Source: Waterburya sp.
GTDB lineage: Bacteria; Cyanobacteriota; Cyanobacteriia; Cyanobacteriales; Xenococcaceae
Direction: 5' to 3'
Length of the DNA stretch: 64,000 bases
NCBI GenBank assembly: GCA_965217895.1
Contig: CBDCJV010000002.1
Coordinates: forward strand, 4,736,001 to 4,800,000
Shown: one piece after another, positions 41,085-52,123 of the stretch
How positions within the stretch are numbered: the stretch's first letter is position 1
How the letters are laid out: each line of letters opens with the position of its first letter
Translations under genes and position numbers: made by a program
Notes under the pieces: model-generated
What the model was told of the DNA's origin: nothing
The model's input: only the letters and a program-made list of their open reading frames with translations
Database searches by the model: none

Positions 41085-41558
41085 AGAGCAGCAAAGTTAT
41101 GACAACGCTTCCCAGTAAAACACAGCCATAAAACTTACGCCTTAAAATTAGAGATTGTTGGTAAAAAGAAAATTTAATTTTCCTGCTGTTGGGTAAGGTC
41201 GTATTAAGGGTAACGAGGTATTTGGAGTACTGGGGTAGCGAGGTGTCTACTCTATCCCTCTCCACCTCTCCATGTTCACCACTTCTCCATCCTTTTAACA
41301 TTTACACTCTACAAGCAGTTTCTTGCTCTGTCACAGGCGAAAAAACTCAATTGAAAGTTTCGTAGTCTCAATGTTGGCTATTTTACAAAAATGCCTTGGA
41401 TGTATTTTGATAACTTCCTAAAAATCACTGGTCATAATGAATGTAAACCATTTAACCTAATTGAAACAACAGCTTGTAAATCAATTATAGACAGGATAGG
41501 GGTGAAATAATCGGACTACTCAATAGTTAGATACGCCCTAACTGTTGCAATAAGGCTA

Positions 41559-42104
41559 ATGCAAACTTTGATAAACGAGTCTACAACTATATTTTTTAAG
41601 GCAGGAAGTCAGCTACCACCAAAAAAAAATCACCTTTGGTTAATTGTTTATGGAGTGGTCAAAACTTATACCTATAGAGAAGATGGAACATTAGTCACTT
41701 TGGGCTTTTGGGGTAAAGATGATGTGATTGGTAATAATTTATCTAGCCTCGATCTTTATTGGCTCAAGTGTCTAAGTGATGTTGGCGCGATCGCAATTCC
41801 TCTGGAAAAAAAAGCTACTTTAACTACACAGCTTTTATATCATGGACAGCAAACTCAACAGTTAACCTATATCATCCGTAACAATCGAATTGCCAAACGT
41901 TTATGGCTGCTCTTGAAATGGTTGGGCAAGAAGTTTGGACGGGTAATTAAACAGGGAAACCTAATTGACTTTAATTTAACTCATCAAGAATTAGCTGAAG
42001 CTATTGGGACAACTAGAATTACAGTCACCAAGGTTTTAAATCAATTTGAACGAGAAGGTTTGATTCTGCGACCAAAAACTAAATGTATCATTCTTAAGGG
42101 ATAA
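41559..42104 (+). CDS. Crp/Fnr family transcriptional regulator
   Basis: HTH LTHQELAEAIGTTRITVTKVL; short cNMP-like N-terminal domain. Confidence 0.9.
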   Translation: MQTLINESTTIFFKAGSQLPPKKNHLWLIVYGVVKTYTYREDGTLVTLGFWGKDDVIGNNLSSLDLYWLKCLSDVGAIAIPLEKKATLTTQLLYHGQQTQQLTYIIRNNRIAKRLWLLLKWLGKKFGRVIKQGNLIDFNLTHQELAEAIGTTRITVTKVLNQFEREGLILRPKTKCIILKG

Positions 42105-42216
42105 AAGAGTTAGTAGTCTGTAGTTGGTAGTTAGTAGTTAATTTTCTGTAAGTTTTCTCTTCTTTGCTATCCATAGCAAGCGTTTAGGTATTTCATATCA
42201 GTAGCTCAAAATAAAA

Positions 42217-42244
42217 AGCTGTCCTGTAAGCTTAGAGGACAGCC
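42217..42244 (-). terminator. Rho-independent terminator of groESL
   Basis: GCTGTCCT ... AGGACAGC stem; A-tract to its left gives a U-tail on the minus strand. Confidence 0.75.
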
Positions 42245-42319
42245 TTCAATATAATTAAGGTAATTAAGATGTTAGACCATTAACTTCAAGCCAAAAGCCA
42301 AGAGCTAATAGCTAACAGC

Positions 42320-43945
42320 TTAATAATCAAAGTCACCAGCACCACCGCCAGCAGCACCTTTATTTTTTTCTGGCTTATCGACGACTATACATTCAGTAGT
42401 TAATACCATTCCTGCAATAGAAGCAGCGTTTTGCAGAGCAGAGCGAGTTACTTTAGCAGGGTCAACAATACCAGCTTCAAACATATTGACATATTCGTTT
42501 GTAGCAGCATTGAAACCAATATTCAAGTCTTTTTCTTTGACTCTCTCAGCAACTACCGCGCCATTTTGACCAGCGTTTTCGGCAATTCTTCTCAAGGGAG
42601 CAGTTAAAGCGCGAGCCACAATGGTTGCACCAGTTAAACCTTCATCTTTGAGATTAGCTTTTGCCCATTCTTCTAAGCCAGGAGCTAGGTGAGCTAAGGT
42701 AGTACCGCCACCAGGTACAATACCTTCTTCTACCGCAGCTTTGGTTGCGTTGATAGCATCTTCTAAACGCAATTTGCGGTCTTTCATTTCTGTTTCGGTA
42801 GCAGCACCAACTTTAATTACTGCAACACCACCAGAAAGTTTAGCTAGACGCTCCTGTAGCTTTTCTTGGTCGTAAGAGGAGTCACTAGCTTCTATTTGAC
42901 GGCGAATTTGCTCACAGCGACTTTTAACTGCTGCTTCGTTGCCTTCTGCCACAATAGTAGTACTATCTTTAGTAATGTTGATGCGACGGGCAGTACCTAA
43001 AGATTCAACTTTAGTAGTTTCTAGTTTTAGACCTGCATCTTCTGAGATTACTTGACCGCCAGTTAACACAGCGATGTCTTCTAACATCTGCTTACGGCGA
43101 TCGCCAAAACCAGGAGCTTTGATCGCAGCAACGTTTAATACACCCCGTAGACGGTTAACTACCAAAGTAGCCAATGCTTCTTTTTCGATATCTTCGGCGA
43201 TAATTACCAAGGGTTTGCCCTGACGAGCTACCTGTTCTAGCACAGGTACTAGATCCTGGACTAAGTTAATCTTGCGATCGGTAATCAGAATTAAAGGCTC
43301 TTCTAGAGCAGCTTCCATGCGCTCGGTATCAGTTACAAAGTAAGGAGAGATATAGCCTTTGTCAAAGCGCATCCCTTCAGTAATTTCTAATTCGGTAGTC
43401 ATGGACTTACCTTCTTCTAGAGAGATTACCCCTTCCTTGCCGACTTTATCCATTGCCATCGCGATCATGTTACCAACTTCTTCGTCGTTACCCGCAGAAA
43501 TTGTACCTACCTGAGCGATCGCTTTAGAATCGCCTACAGGTTGAGCTTGCTCTTTGATCTTACCGACTAAATATTCAATCGCCTTGTCGATACCACGCTT
43601 GATAGCAATGGGGTTTGCTCCTGCTGCAACGTTACGTAAACCTTCTTTGACAATGGCATGAGCCAAAACTGTTGCTGTAGTAGTTCCGTCACCTGCCACA
43701 TCATTAGTTTTGGATGCAGCTTGACGAATTAAGGATACGCCTGTATTCTCGATGTGATCTTCTAATTCGATTTCTTTGGCGATCGTTACCCCATCATTGA
43801 CAATTTGGGGTGCGCCAAATTTTTTCTCTAGGACGACGTTACGTCCTTTAGGGCCGAGGGTAACGGCTACCGCTTCAGCCAATAGGTCAATGCCCTTTTC
43901 TAGAGCGCGACGAGCTTCGTCGTTATAAATTATAGATTTAGCCAT
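42320..43945 (-). CDS. groL: Chaperonin GroEL (groESL-operon copy)
   Basis: [24 protein letters not shown]-terminus. Confidence 0.98.
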   Translation of the reverse strand: MAKSIIYNDEARRALEKGIDLLAEAVAVTLGPKGRNVVLEKKFGAPQIVNDGVTIAKEIELEDHIENTGVSLIRQAASKTNDVAGDGTTTATVLAHAIVKEGLRNVAAGANPIAIKRGIDKAIEYLVGKIKEQAQPVGDSKAIAQVGTISAGNDEEVGNMIAMAMDKVGKEGVISLEEGKSMTTELEITEGMRFDKGYISPYFVTDTERMEAALEEPLILITDRKINLVQDLVPVLEQVARQGKPLVIIAEDIEKEALATLVVNRLRGVLNVAAIKAPGFGDRRKQMLEDIAVLTGGQVISEDAGLKLETTKVESLGTARRINITKDSTTIVAEGNEAAVKSRCEQIRRQIEASDSSYDQEKLQERLAKLSGGVAVIKVGAATETEMKDRKLRLEDAINATKAAVEEGIVPGGGTTLAHLAPGLEEWAKANLKDEGLTGATIVARALTAPLRRIAENAGQNGAVVAERVKEKDLNIGFNAATNEYVNMFEAGIVDPAKVTRSALQNAASIAGMVLTTECIVVDKPEKNKGAAGGGAGDFDY

Positions 43946-44007
43946 AAAACTGGTTTGCCTTTAATGAATTGATGAACGAGGAATAAATTATTTAACTGGC
44001 TGATGGT

Positions 44008-44319
44008 CTAAGCAACTGCTGCTAAGATATCTTTTTCTGATAGCAACACATATTCTTCACCGCCTAGCTTGATGTCAGTACCAGCATATTTAGAGTAAAG
44101 AACTTTATCGCCAACTTTTACTTCTAAAGGTACGTGACCACCTTCGTCTTTTGGTTTGCCAGGACCGACGCCAACTACCTCGCCAACTTGAGGTTTTTCT
44201 TTGGCTGCATCGGGTAAAATAATACCGCCAGCAGTTTGTTCTTCGGCTGCACTGACTTTGATAAATACGCGATCGCCTAAGGGTTTTACAGTTGTAACGT
44301 TAATACTAATAGCTGCCAT
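44008..44319 (-). CDS. groES: Co-chaperonin GroES
   Basis: [24 protein letters not shown]. Confidence 0.98.
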   Translation of the reverse strand: MAAISINVTTVKPLGDRVFIKVSAAEEQTAGGIILPDAAKEKPQVGEVVGVGPGKPKDEGGHVPLEVKVGDKVLYSKYAGTDIKLGGEEYVLLSEKDILAAVA

Positions 44320-44393
44320 GCAAAATTCTCCAGATAACTAAAATGCTTAGTTGTGAGTAATATTTTTTGGTTTAGAGATTGCTGTTTATTAAA

Positions 44394-44420
44394 TTAGCAC
44401 TCTCACCTTCCGACTGCTAA
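44394..44420 (-). promoter_or_regulatory. CIRCE element (HrcA operator)
   Basis: TTAGCACTC-N9-GACTGCTAA, one mismatch to consensus; on the minus strand TTGCCA (44448-44443) and TAAATT (44424-44419) resemble -35/-10. Confidence 0.9.
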
Positions 44421-44459
44421 TTTAGCGAATGTACGTTACCTCTGGCAACGGTTTGGTTA

Positions 44460-44475
44460 GTGTGGGTTACCGTAC
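44460..44475 (-). promoter_or_regulatory. K-box-like element upstream of groESL
   Basis: Minus strand GTACGG-TAAC-CCACAC versus the K-box consensus GTTCGG-NNAN-CCNNAC. Confidence 0.7.
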
Positions 44476-44584
44476 AAAATTCTGGAAATAGGAATTATTA
44501 AAACTATTAATAAGATTCATTACACAAAAAATCGCCCTTAAAATAATTATCATAAGGGCGACTAAATTTTTAATTGCTTTGCTC

Positions 44585-44620
44585 GCGATCGCTCTTTTAA
44601 GTAAGAGCGATCGCCAAAAA
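44585..44620 (-). terminator. Hairpin downstream of apcF made of two HIP1 sites
   Basis: GCGATCGCTCTT-TTAAGT-AAGAGCGATCGC; a second hairpin TCGCCCTTA...TAAGGGCGA at 44532-44561. Confidence 0.65.
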
Positions 44621-44649
44621 AAGCTAATTTTTAGCTAATAGCTAATAAA

Positions 44650-45159
44650 TTAAACAGAAACTTCGCTGAGTTGACTATTCATATATTCAAACGGCTCGTC
44701 AATAAAGCTAGTATTCTCAATTCCTGCTTCTGATGCCATTTCTTTGAGCATATCACTCATAATTTTGATTCCGACTACAGTAGGTCCAATAGGCACACCC
44801 AAAGAATTATAGGTTTCTCGTAAACCCTGCAATACTCTTTCGTCTAGGACATCCATACTGCCAGCTACTAAAGCATAGCTAGCATAGCGTAGATAATAGT
44901 CCATATCCCGCAAGCAAGCCGAATAGCGACGAGTCGTGTAGGCATTACCTCCTGGACTAAGCAATTCAGGAACTTCTTCAAACAGTTTAAGTCCTGCACC
45001 TCGTACAATTGTGGCAGCATTACCACTAATCATTGTCGCTACTGCTACCCTAGCTTTTCCAGAAGTAAAGTAGTCTTGCAGACTATCTATAGCATTACGG
45101 TCTAAATAACGACCTGAAATGTCGTAATTTTTTATTAGGTTGGTAACTGCGTCACGCAT
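44650..45159 (-). CDS. apcF: Allophycocyanin beta-18 subunit
   Basis: MRDAVTNLI, PGGNAYTTRRYSACLRDMDYYLRYASYAL; 169 aa. Confidence 0.95.
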   Translation of the reverse strand: MRDAVTNLIKNYDISGRYLDRNAIDSLQDYFTSGKARVAVATMISGNAATIVRGAGLKLFEEVPELLSPGGNAYTTRRYSACLRDMDYYLRYASYALVAGSMDVLDERVLQGLRETYNSLGVPIGPTVVGIKIMSDMLKEMASEAGIENTSFIDEPFEYMNSQLSEVSV

Positions 45160-45368
45160 TTTTCTTGATTTCTCCCAACAGCAATTTTTAAATTTTGGCT
45201 AGTAATATTAGCTTCTTTTATAAGCTATGTCATAAGCTACATTTACCAATAATCTCACAAGTAGCGACGACTACAGTTACTAGCTTCAAATTTTGACATC
45301 TTTCTAATTATATCCCTTATGAATTAATGAATAAGTTATCAAACTAAAAAAGCTGCTGTTCAAAGAGC

Positions 45369-45537
45369 GATTCAGCGCGGTCTTGCGAGAAAGGACTTGT
45401 CCGCATCTGAGTCCGTTGCGGTGAAGCAGTTGCGTTGGGCGGGTTTCCCGACTTGAGTAAACTGCTTCACCCGAAGGGAGATTCCCTCCCTTGAAGGAAC
45501 TGTCGAGGGCGGGGTTTCCCCCATGAGCGACTGAATC
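45369..45537. repeat. Nested GC-rich small dispersed hairpin repeats
   Basis: Outer GATTCAG...CTGAATC; inner GGTGAAGCAGTT...AACTGCTTCACC plus CCGAAGGG; inner module homologous to 54138-54197 in reverse. Confidence 0.8.
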
Positions 45538-45622
45538 AACAAAGGCTTAAGCCGCATGTAGCGATTGCTTATAAAGCCAAACATAAAATTTTTTAAAAAA
45601 ATAAAGACGTAACGTAAATTCT

Positions 45623-45665
45623 GTAGCCAATTTGACAATTTGTTAGATCTTTATCAGGATACGAT
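45623..45665 (+). promoter_or_regulatory. NtcA-type promoter of glnN (imperfect box)
   Basis: GTA-GCCAATTT-GAC (45623-45636), 23-nt spacer, then TACGAT as -10. Confidence 0.6.
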
Positions 45666-45712
45666 CAAATAAATTAAAACACATACACATATCTTTAGAA
45701 AATAAAACTGTC

Positions 45713-47887
45713 ATGGGATACGAATCTCGCACTCAAGCAATCTACCAAATTACCGAACGCGAACCAATTCTTGCTGAACCCCCTAGCCGTTTAGAAGATA
45801 TTTGGGCAGCAGACGTTTTTAGCTTAAGTAAAATGAAACAGTGCTTACCTAAAAATGTCTTAAAATCTCTAAAAAAAACGATTCAAGCAGGGGAACAATT
45901 AGACGTTTCCATTTCTGACATGGTGGCATCGGCAATGAAAGACTGGGCTATTTCCAAAGGTGCTTCTTACTATGCCCACGTTTTTTATCCGATGACTAAT
46001 GCCACCGCCGAAAAGCATGATGGATTTATATCTGTTCAAAGTGATGGCAGCGCGATTTCCGAATTTGCAGGCAAGCTATTAGTACAAGGTGAACCCGATG
46101 GTTCGTCCTTTCCTAATGGTGGTATTCGCTCTACTTTTGAAGCCAGAGGCTATACAGCTTGGGACGTAACTAGTCCTGCTTATCTAATGGAAACAGATAA
46201 CGGTGTGACTCTTTGCATTCCCACTGTATTTATCTCTTGGACAGGAGAAGCCCTAGATAAGAAAACTCCTTTATTGCGTTCTATTGGCGCAATGAATAAA
46301 GCAGCAAACAAGGTACTTAAATTACTAGGTCACACAGATATTGCTCCTGTTAATTCTAGCTGTGGCGCAGAGCAAGAATATTTCTTAGTAGATGCTCATT
46401 TTGCCAATAGCCGTCCAGACTTACTATTAGCTGGAAGAACCTTATTTGGCAAGCCCCCTGCTAAGGGTCAGCAGTTTGACGATCATTATTTTGGCGCAAT
46501 TCCTGAGCGAGTTCAGGTATTTATGCAGGATGTAGAAAAGAAAATGTATCGCTTAGGTATTCCTGCTAAAACCAGACATAATGAAGTAGCTCCTGGACAG
46601 TTTGAAATCGCACCCTTTTTTGAAGCAGCTAACGTCGCTTCTGACCATCAACAGTTAACTATGACACTGTTGCGTCAGACTGCCAAAAAGCATGGTTTTG
46701 TCTGTTTGCTACATGAAAAACCCTTTGCAGGCATTAATGGTTCTGGTAAGCACGTCAACTGGTCTGTAGGCAACGAAACTCAGGGCAATCTACTAGATCC
46801 TGGTGACTCTCCCCATGAAAATGCTCAGTTTCTTGTTTTCTGCGCTGCGGTAATTCGCGGGGTACATAAATTTGGTCCTTTGATGCGGGCCGTAATTGCC
46901 AATGCCAGTAACGATCATCGTTTAGGCGCAAATGAAGCACCTCCCGCAATCATGTCGGTTTATCTGGGTTCTCAATTAGAGACTTTGTTTAACCAAATTG
47001 CCACAGGAGAAATAAGTGACAACTATAGCCACAAAGGAGAAATGCGAATTGGAGTAGATACTTTACCACCTCTGTCTAAAGATGCTGGCGATCGCAATAG
47101 AACTTCTCCCTTTGCCTTTACTGGCAACCGTTTTGAGTTTCGTGCAGTTGGCTCGGGTCAGTCTGTTTCAGGGCCATTAATTGCTCTTAATACTATGCTG
47201 GCAGATTCGCTTAACTTTATAGGGAATCTTCTAGAAAGTGAATTAGAAAAAGGAACAGATCAAAACGCTGCTATTTTGACTGTCCTCAAAGACATAATGC
47301 AAAAACACGGTGCAGTTATTTTTGGTGGCGACGGCTACTCTGCCGAGTGGCACAAAATGGCAGTAGAAGAGAGAGGTTTGCTTAATTTACCTACTACTGC
47401 TGATGCCCTCCCTTACTTGAAAGAAAAATATATTGAAGAGCTATTTGAAAGCACAGGAGTTTTATCCCCTGTAGAATTAGAAAGTCGCTACGAAGTATAT
47501 TCTGAGCAGTATGTTCTCTCTATCGAAGTTGAAGCCAAGCTAGTGATAGACATGGCAAAAACCAGTATTTATCCTGCTGCCATGAGACATTTAGCTGACA
47601 TTGCTGGTACTGTGGCGGGTTTAGAAGAGATGGGCATCAGTCTCGCTCCAGACAACATTAAAAAAGTCGCGGAGTTGACTAACTCTATGATGTCTAAAGT
47701 GGCTAAGTTAAGTTCGGCTTTAGAAAAAGAAGACTTTGGCAACACTGAAGAACACATGAAATATTGTGCTGAGACTATTCGTCCGATGATGGATAGCGTC
47801 AGAGAGGACGTTGATGCCTTGGAAAGCGAGGTTGCTGATGACTTATGGCCTCTACCTACTTACCAAGAAATGCTATTTATTAAGTAG
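45713..47887 (+). CDS. glnN: Glutamine synthetase type III
   Basis: 724 aa; [62 protein letters not shown]. Confidence 0.96.
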   Translation: MGYESRTQAIYQITEREPILAEPPSRLEDIWAADVFSLSKMKQCLPKNVLKSLKKTIQAGEQLDVSISDMVASAMKDWAISKGASYYAHVFYPMTNATAEKHDGFISVQSDGSAISEFAGKLLVQGEPDGSSFPNGGIRSTFEARGYTAWDVTSPAYLMETDNGVTLCIPTVFISWTGEALDKKTPLLRSIGAMNKAANKVLKLLGHTDIAPVNSSCGAEQEYFLVDAHFANSRPDLLLAGRTLFGKPPAKGQQFDDHYFGAIPERVQVFMQDVEKKMYRLGIPAKTRHNEVAPGQFEIAPFFEAANVASDHQQLTMTLLRQTAKKHGFVCLLHEKPFAGINGSGKHVNWSVGNETQGNLLDPGDSPHENAQFLVFCAAVIRGVHKFGPLMRAVIANASNDHRLGANEAPPAIMSVYLGSQLETLFNQIATGEISDNYSHKGEMRIGVDTLPPLSKDAGDRNRTSPFAFTGNRFEFRAVGSGQSVSGPLIALNTMLADSLNFIGNLLESELEKGTDQNAAILTVLKDIMQKHGAVIFGGDGYSAEWHKMAVEERGLLNLPTTADALPYLKEKYIEELFESTGVLSPVELESRYEVYSEQYVLSIEVEAKLVIDMAKTSIYPAAMRHLADIAGTVAGLEEMGISLAPDNIKKVAELTNSMMSKVAKLSSALEKEDFGNTEEHMKYCAETIRPMMDSVREDVDALESEVADDLWPLPTYQEMLFIK

Positions 47888-47916
47888 GCTTTTTGTACAA
47901 ACAATTGTTCATTACC

Positions 47917-48147
47917 TAGGGCGTGTCATCAATTGAGGGGAAGAATGCTTTTGCAGCGTATTTTAGCGAGATACAAGAAGAAAAATGTTCTGCATAGCAG
48001 GGCTACGGAGGTTATTTTTCGACGCAGTAGGTCGTTAAAAGGCGAGCGACCCCGCGTCGCCGACAGGCGCAAGACAAAGGCTTTAGCCGCATGTACGCGC
48101 GAGCTAGACCAAAAAAAGCTCTTTTTTTTAATTGATGACACGTCCTA
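47917..48147. mobile_element. MITE with 18-bp terminal inverted repeats (17/18, TA at both outer ends) carrying a small inserted repeat
   Basis: TAGGGCGTGTCATCAATT / AATTGATGACACGTCCTA; insert at 48041-48075 bounded by AAAGGC direct repeats. Confidence 0.85.
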
Positions 48148-48198
48148 AACTAAGAGGTAAAATATCAACCTTTGTAAATCTGGTCTAAGTTACTTGAC

Positions 48199-48225
48199 AA
48201 ACCGTTCTCTAGGGAACGGTTTTTT
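48199..48225 (+). terminator. Rho-independent terminator after glnN and the MITE
   Basis: AAACCGTTC-TCTAGG-GAACGGTTTTTT. Confidence 0.8.
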
Positions 48226-48403
48226 GTTTAATATATTCTTAAAGTCTGACTTTGACCAATGATTGCAGCAGCAAAGAGACCCACTAAAGAGGGAAACAGC
48301 AACAATAGAAAGAATTTGCTTAAAGTAAGTATTTTAATTCAGTTATAAAATTTAAGATTAAGCAAAAGCTTAAGATTATATATTCAACAAGAATAATAAA
48401 ACT

Positions 48404-48417
48404 GTATTAACGAATAC
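48404..48417 (+). promoter_or_regulatory. NtcA binding site upstream of amt
   Basis: GTA-TTAACGAA-TAC perfect consensus; CAAACT 22 nt downstream as a possible -10. Confidence 0.8.
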
Positions 48418-48509
48418 GGCAATAGAGAGAAAAAAATCACAAACTAGACAAATTATAGTTTGCAAATTTAGACAAACTAAATATATTTTCTAAATTAATT
48501 GAAGTGTAG

Positions 48510-50009
48510 ATGAATTCTAAATTCTTAGAAACAAGTAGATCTCTTGGACATGAAAATGGCCAGAGTGTAGGAACACAGGTTAAAAACCTAGTTCCAAGAC
48601 CTTTGAGAACAATATTTAAATCTTTTTCCCCTGCGTGGTTTATCTGTATTCCCCTAGCAGCGATTATTGTTATCGTTTGGAATACGGCAGCAACGGCTCA
48701 GGGATTAGAACCCCCTACAAATCTGGCGCAATTAACAATTGTCGTAGACACTATCTTTATTCTAGCAAGTGCTATTCTAGTAATCTTTATGAATGCTGGA
48801 TTTGCTCTGTTAGAAACAGGATTCTGTCGCCAAAAGAATGCGGTTAATATCTTGGCAAAAAACTTAATCGTTTTTGCGATCGCCAGTTTAGCGTATTGGG
48901 CAGTAGGTTATGCTCTTATGTACGGTAATGGTAATCCTTTTATCGGTTTAAGTGGCTTCTTTTTTAATGGCGATTCTGTTCCTTATGGTAACGAGCCTTA
49001 TCCCGCGGCGGTTCCCGAAACAGTTTCTTTCTTGTTCCAGGTAGCTTTCGCAGCCACCGCAGCAACCATTGTTTCTGGTGCGGTAGCAGAGAGAATAAAG
49101 TTTGTTGCTTTTCTCATCTTTAGTACTTTATTAGTAGCTATTTCCTATGCTATTACTGGACACTGGGTTTGGGATGGTGGCTGGTTAAATAGTGGCGCAG
49201 ATGGCGCACTTGCATTTCATGACTTTGCAGGTTCAACCATGGTTCACTCCGTGGGTGGCTGGGCAGCTTTAGTCGGTGCAGCTATTTTAGGCCCTAGATT
49301 GGGTAAATACCAAAATGGTAGAATAGGGGCAATACCTGGACACAACATGGGTTTTGCAACTCTGGGTTGTTTAATTCTTTGGATTGGCTGGTTTGGTTTT
49401 AACCCTGGTTCAGAATTGGCAGCAGATGGTAATGTTGCCTATATTGCTGTGACTACAAACTTAGCAGCAGCAGCAGGTGGTGTAACGGCTACCGTTACTT
49501 CCTGGCTCAAAGATGGAAAACCAGATTTATCGATGATCATCAACGGTATTTTGGCTGGTTTGGTCAGTATTACTGCTGGTTGTGATGATGTCAGCCTTTT
49601 ATCGGCTGTAATCATTGGTGCAATCGCTGGTATTATCGTCGTTTTCTCTGTTGCTTTCTTTGACAGTATCAAGATTGATGATCCTGTAGGTGCAACTTCT
49701 GTTCACCTAGTCTGTGGTATCTGGGGAACTCTAGCAGTCGGTATTTTTGGTACAGCGAATATTGTCACGCAAATTATCGGTATTGCATCTATTGGTGCCT
49801 TTACTATAGTCTTTAGTGCTATTGTTTGGACTTTACTCAAGGTAACTATTGGTATTCGCGTTCACGAAGACGAAGAAAGACGTGGTTTGGATATCAGTGA
49901 ACACGGAATGGAAGCATATAGTGGCTTTGTCAAAGAAGCAGACGTTTTATCTGGTGGTGGTTCAGGAATGCCTGTAGATATCAACCCAGCTAAAAGCTCG
50001 GAATTTTAA
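48510..50009 (+). CDS. amt: Ammonium transporter
   Basis: [48 protein letters not shown]. Confidence 0.97.
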   Translation: MNSKFLETSRSLGHENGQSVGTQVKNLVPRPLRTIFKSFSPAWFICIPLAAIIVIVWNTAATAQGLEPPTNLAQLTIVVDTIFILASAILVIFMNAGFALLETGFCRQKNAVNILAKNLIVFAIASLAYWAVGYALMYGNGNPFIGLSGFFFNGDSVPYGNEPYPAAVPETVSFLFQVAFAATAATIVSGAVAERIKFVAFLIFSTLLVAISYAITGHWVWDGGWLNSGADGALAFHDFAGSTMVHSVGGWAALVGAAILGPRLGKYQNGRIGAIPGHNMGFATLGCLILWIGWFGFNPGSELAADGNVAYIAVTTNLAAAAGGVTATVTSWLKDGKPDLSMIINGILAGLVSITAGCDDVSLLSAVIIGAIAGIIVVFSVAFFDSIKIDDPVGATSVHLVCGIWGTLAVGIFGTANIVTQIIGIASIGAFTIVFSAIVWTLLKVTIGIRVHEDEERRGLDISEHGMEAYSGFVKEADVLSGGGSGMPVDINPAKSSEF

Positions 50010-50050
50010 GCTTTGTTGTTAAAAGCTTAAGGTAATTAAAATATAATTTT

Positions 50051-50095
50051 GCCATTGCGATCGCACTTATTGTGTTTTGCAATGGTATTTTTTTT
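50051..50095 (+). terminator. Terminator after amt
   Basis: GCCATTGC ... GCAATGGT followed by a T9 tract. Confidence 0.65.
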
Positions 50096-50114
50096 CTGTA
50101 CGTTTTAGTATCTT

Positions 50115-50779
50115 ATGTTGAAATTTTATTACACAAAGTTTTCTTTATATTCTCGTTCAGTATGGATTACGTTGCTGGAGAAACAACTTCTCTTTGAGCC
50201 AATTGAATTATCATTGGATGGAGATCAATGGCAACCTGAGTTTTTGGCAATTAATCCTTTTGGTCGCGTTCCTACACTAGTAGATAATAACTTCTCAATC
50301 TTTGAATCTCTGGCTATTTTAGATTATCTTGAACTTCAGTATACAAGTCCTGCTTTTTTACCAACAGATATTCAGATACTAACTATTGTCCGAATGACAG
50401 AAATGCTCACCATACAAGAGCTAATACCTGCCATGCTGACTATCATTCGTGAACTGATAACGAAAGTGCAGTTAAGCAAGCTAATCAACAAATAATCGCC
50501 ATGCTTAGTTTTTTAGAAAAGCATTTGACTAATAATTTTTATATAGCTGGCGATCGCCTTACTTTTGCTGAAATTGTTGCAGGTTCGTTTATCTTATGGC
50601 TACCTTATTTAAATATTACTTTATCTAATTATCCCCAGGTAAAACTATAGTCAAACAAACTGATGCAACGCCCAGCTTGGCAAGCAACTCAACCAAATCC
50701 TGAAGTTATTCCAAATTGGTTAAAACGTATTCAAAAACTACCCAGAGTTAGAGAAAGACAGCGGAAGCAAAAAACATAA
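50115..50779 (+). pseudogene. Glutathione S-transferase, frameshifted with internal stop
   Basis: N-domain INPFGRVPTL..ESLAILDYL; C-domain continues in another frame after about 50452 (AGDRLTFAEIVAG..YPQVKL*..RPAWQAT); TAG at 50648-50650. Confidence 0.85.
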
Positions 50780-50956
50780 ATCAACTAGTAAATTCTCAGT
50801 CTTAACATTAATAACCTGGTTTAGAGTTACAGGAAATACAAATAAGAATGGTACAAATAAACATTCTCCAAGTCCCTAAGTCAATCATCCGTAGCAAACA
50901 TTTTTAAATTTCATATTACCTGTGTTCTTTGTCCAGTTGTAAACTAACAGCTTTTT

Positions 50957-52123
50957 TCAAAACATTGGTGGCACTGTTAGACCTTGGAGCGATCGCTCGT
51001 CCCTTAAATTTTTACCCTGAATCAAAACTCCAAATCCACCCAAACCTGTAGGCTCGATTAATTGATGTAGAGCATCACGGCGTTTAAATATTTGCGTAAC
51101 GTCATATTTACCGCTAGCCAGTTCATTTAGGCGATCGCCCAAACCTAAAGCCATCAGAAATAATCCCTGTTGCGTAAAGCCCAAAGTTTCTAAATTGCAT
51201 AACTCTCCCTGACGTTGTAGGGCGGTAAAATCTACATGAGCCGTAATGTCTTGATGACCTAAATTAGCGTAAGGATTGTTGTGACGACGATGTTGATAAT
51301 AACATTGAAGAGTTCCTTGGCTACGGGCAGGGCGATAATATTTATCTGCGGTATAGCCATAATCCATAGTCAAGACATAGCCTCTTTTTAGTTTAGCTGC
51401 TACCGTCTCTAGCCAGTCAAGAGCCTGGAGATTAACCTCTGTGCAATAATCTTGGGGATATTGTGATTCTAATAAATCAATATCTACTAAATCTAGATAT
51501 TCAGCTAATTTGGCTGTAGAGAGAGAATCAATAGTTTCGGTTAGTCGATTTTTCTCTAAGCTTAGATATATTTCTTGTAACCGATTTTGGTCTTTGGTTA
51601 TTCGATGTACGGGAAAAGCATCTACTAATTCATTGGCGAAAAAGCACCCCGTAATACTCTGGCTGCTGATATCTGACCAATTTTGCCAACTAAGTTGAGT
51701 AAAGCTATTTTCAGCCAACCGTTTTTGCTGTACTTTAGTTAAGGCAGTGGATTCTTCGACAATAATATATCTTAAAGTTTTAGTAAAATCTGCTTCACCT
51801 GCTTGCAGATAAAGCAGAATATCTTGAGCAAGTTCGCCATTACCTGCGCCCATTTCCACGAGATAAAAAGGATCGGGACAGCCTAAATTTGCCCACATCT
51901 GCTTAAGTTGAATTGCCAATAACTCGCCAAAATCTTTGCCTAGAGAAGAGGATGTAAAGAAATCTCCTTTGGCACCGATGGTTACTGTTTCCGAATTATA
52001 GTAACCATACTGCTGATGATATAAAGCCAATGCCATATATTCAGCAAAAGTGATTTGCTGTTTTGGGGAACTTTTAATTTTGGCAATAAGAATCTCGCGT
52101 AATTCTTGAGAGATCATTAGCAA
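50957..52123 (-). CDS. SAM-dependent methyltransferase, MidA/NDUFAF7 family
   Basis: GDFFTS, VEMGAGNG, NELVDAFPVH, DYG, QDITAHVDF. Confidence 0.92.
   Translation of the reverse strand: MLMISQELREILIAKIKSSPKQQITFAEYMALALYHQQYGYYNSETVTIGAKGDFFTSSSLGKDFGELLAIQLKQMWANLGCPDPFYLVEMGAGNGELAQDILLYLQAGEADFTKTLRYIIVEESTALTKVQQKRLAENSFTQLSWQNWSDISSQSITGCFFANELVDAFPVHRITKDQNRLQEIYLSLEKNRLTETIDSLSTAKLAEYLDLVDIDLLESQYPQDYCTEVNLQALDWLETVAAKLKRGYVLTMDYGYTADKYYRPARSQGTLQCYYQHRRHNNPYANLGHQDITAHVDFTALQRQGELCNLETLGFTQQGLFLMALGLGDRLNELASGKYDVTQIFKRRDALHQLIEPTGLGGFGVLIQGKNLRDERSLQGLTVPPMF

Noticed and set aside
41005..41301. 98-aa ORF overlapping the comEC start
   Set aside because: No recognisable family; runs through a skewed low-complexity tract
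45372..45638. 88-aa ORF upstream of glnN
   Set aside because: Reads through the GC-rich nested repeat; by-product of low stop-codon density
45369..45712. Glutamine riboswitch or tRNA upstream of glnN
   Set aside because: The hairpins match dispersed repeats elsewhere in the window and lie upstream of the predicted promoter; no cloverleaf or T-loop seen
47929..48148. Two opposing 70-71-aa ORFs
   Set aside because: Lie within the MITE; no transposase motifs
50780..50956. Possible small membrane-protein ORF or remnant between GST and the MidA-family gene
   Set aside because: Only short interrupted frames; nothing identifiable
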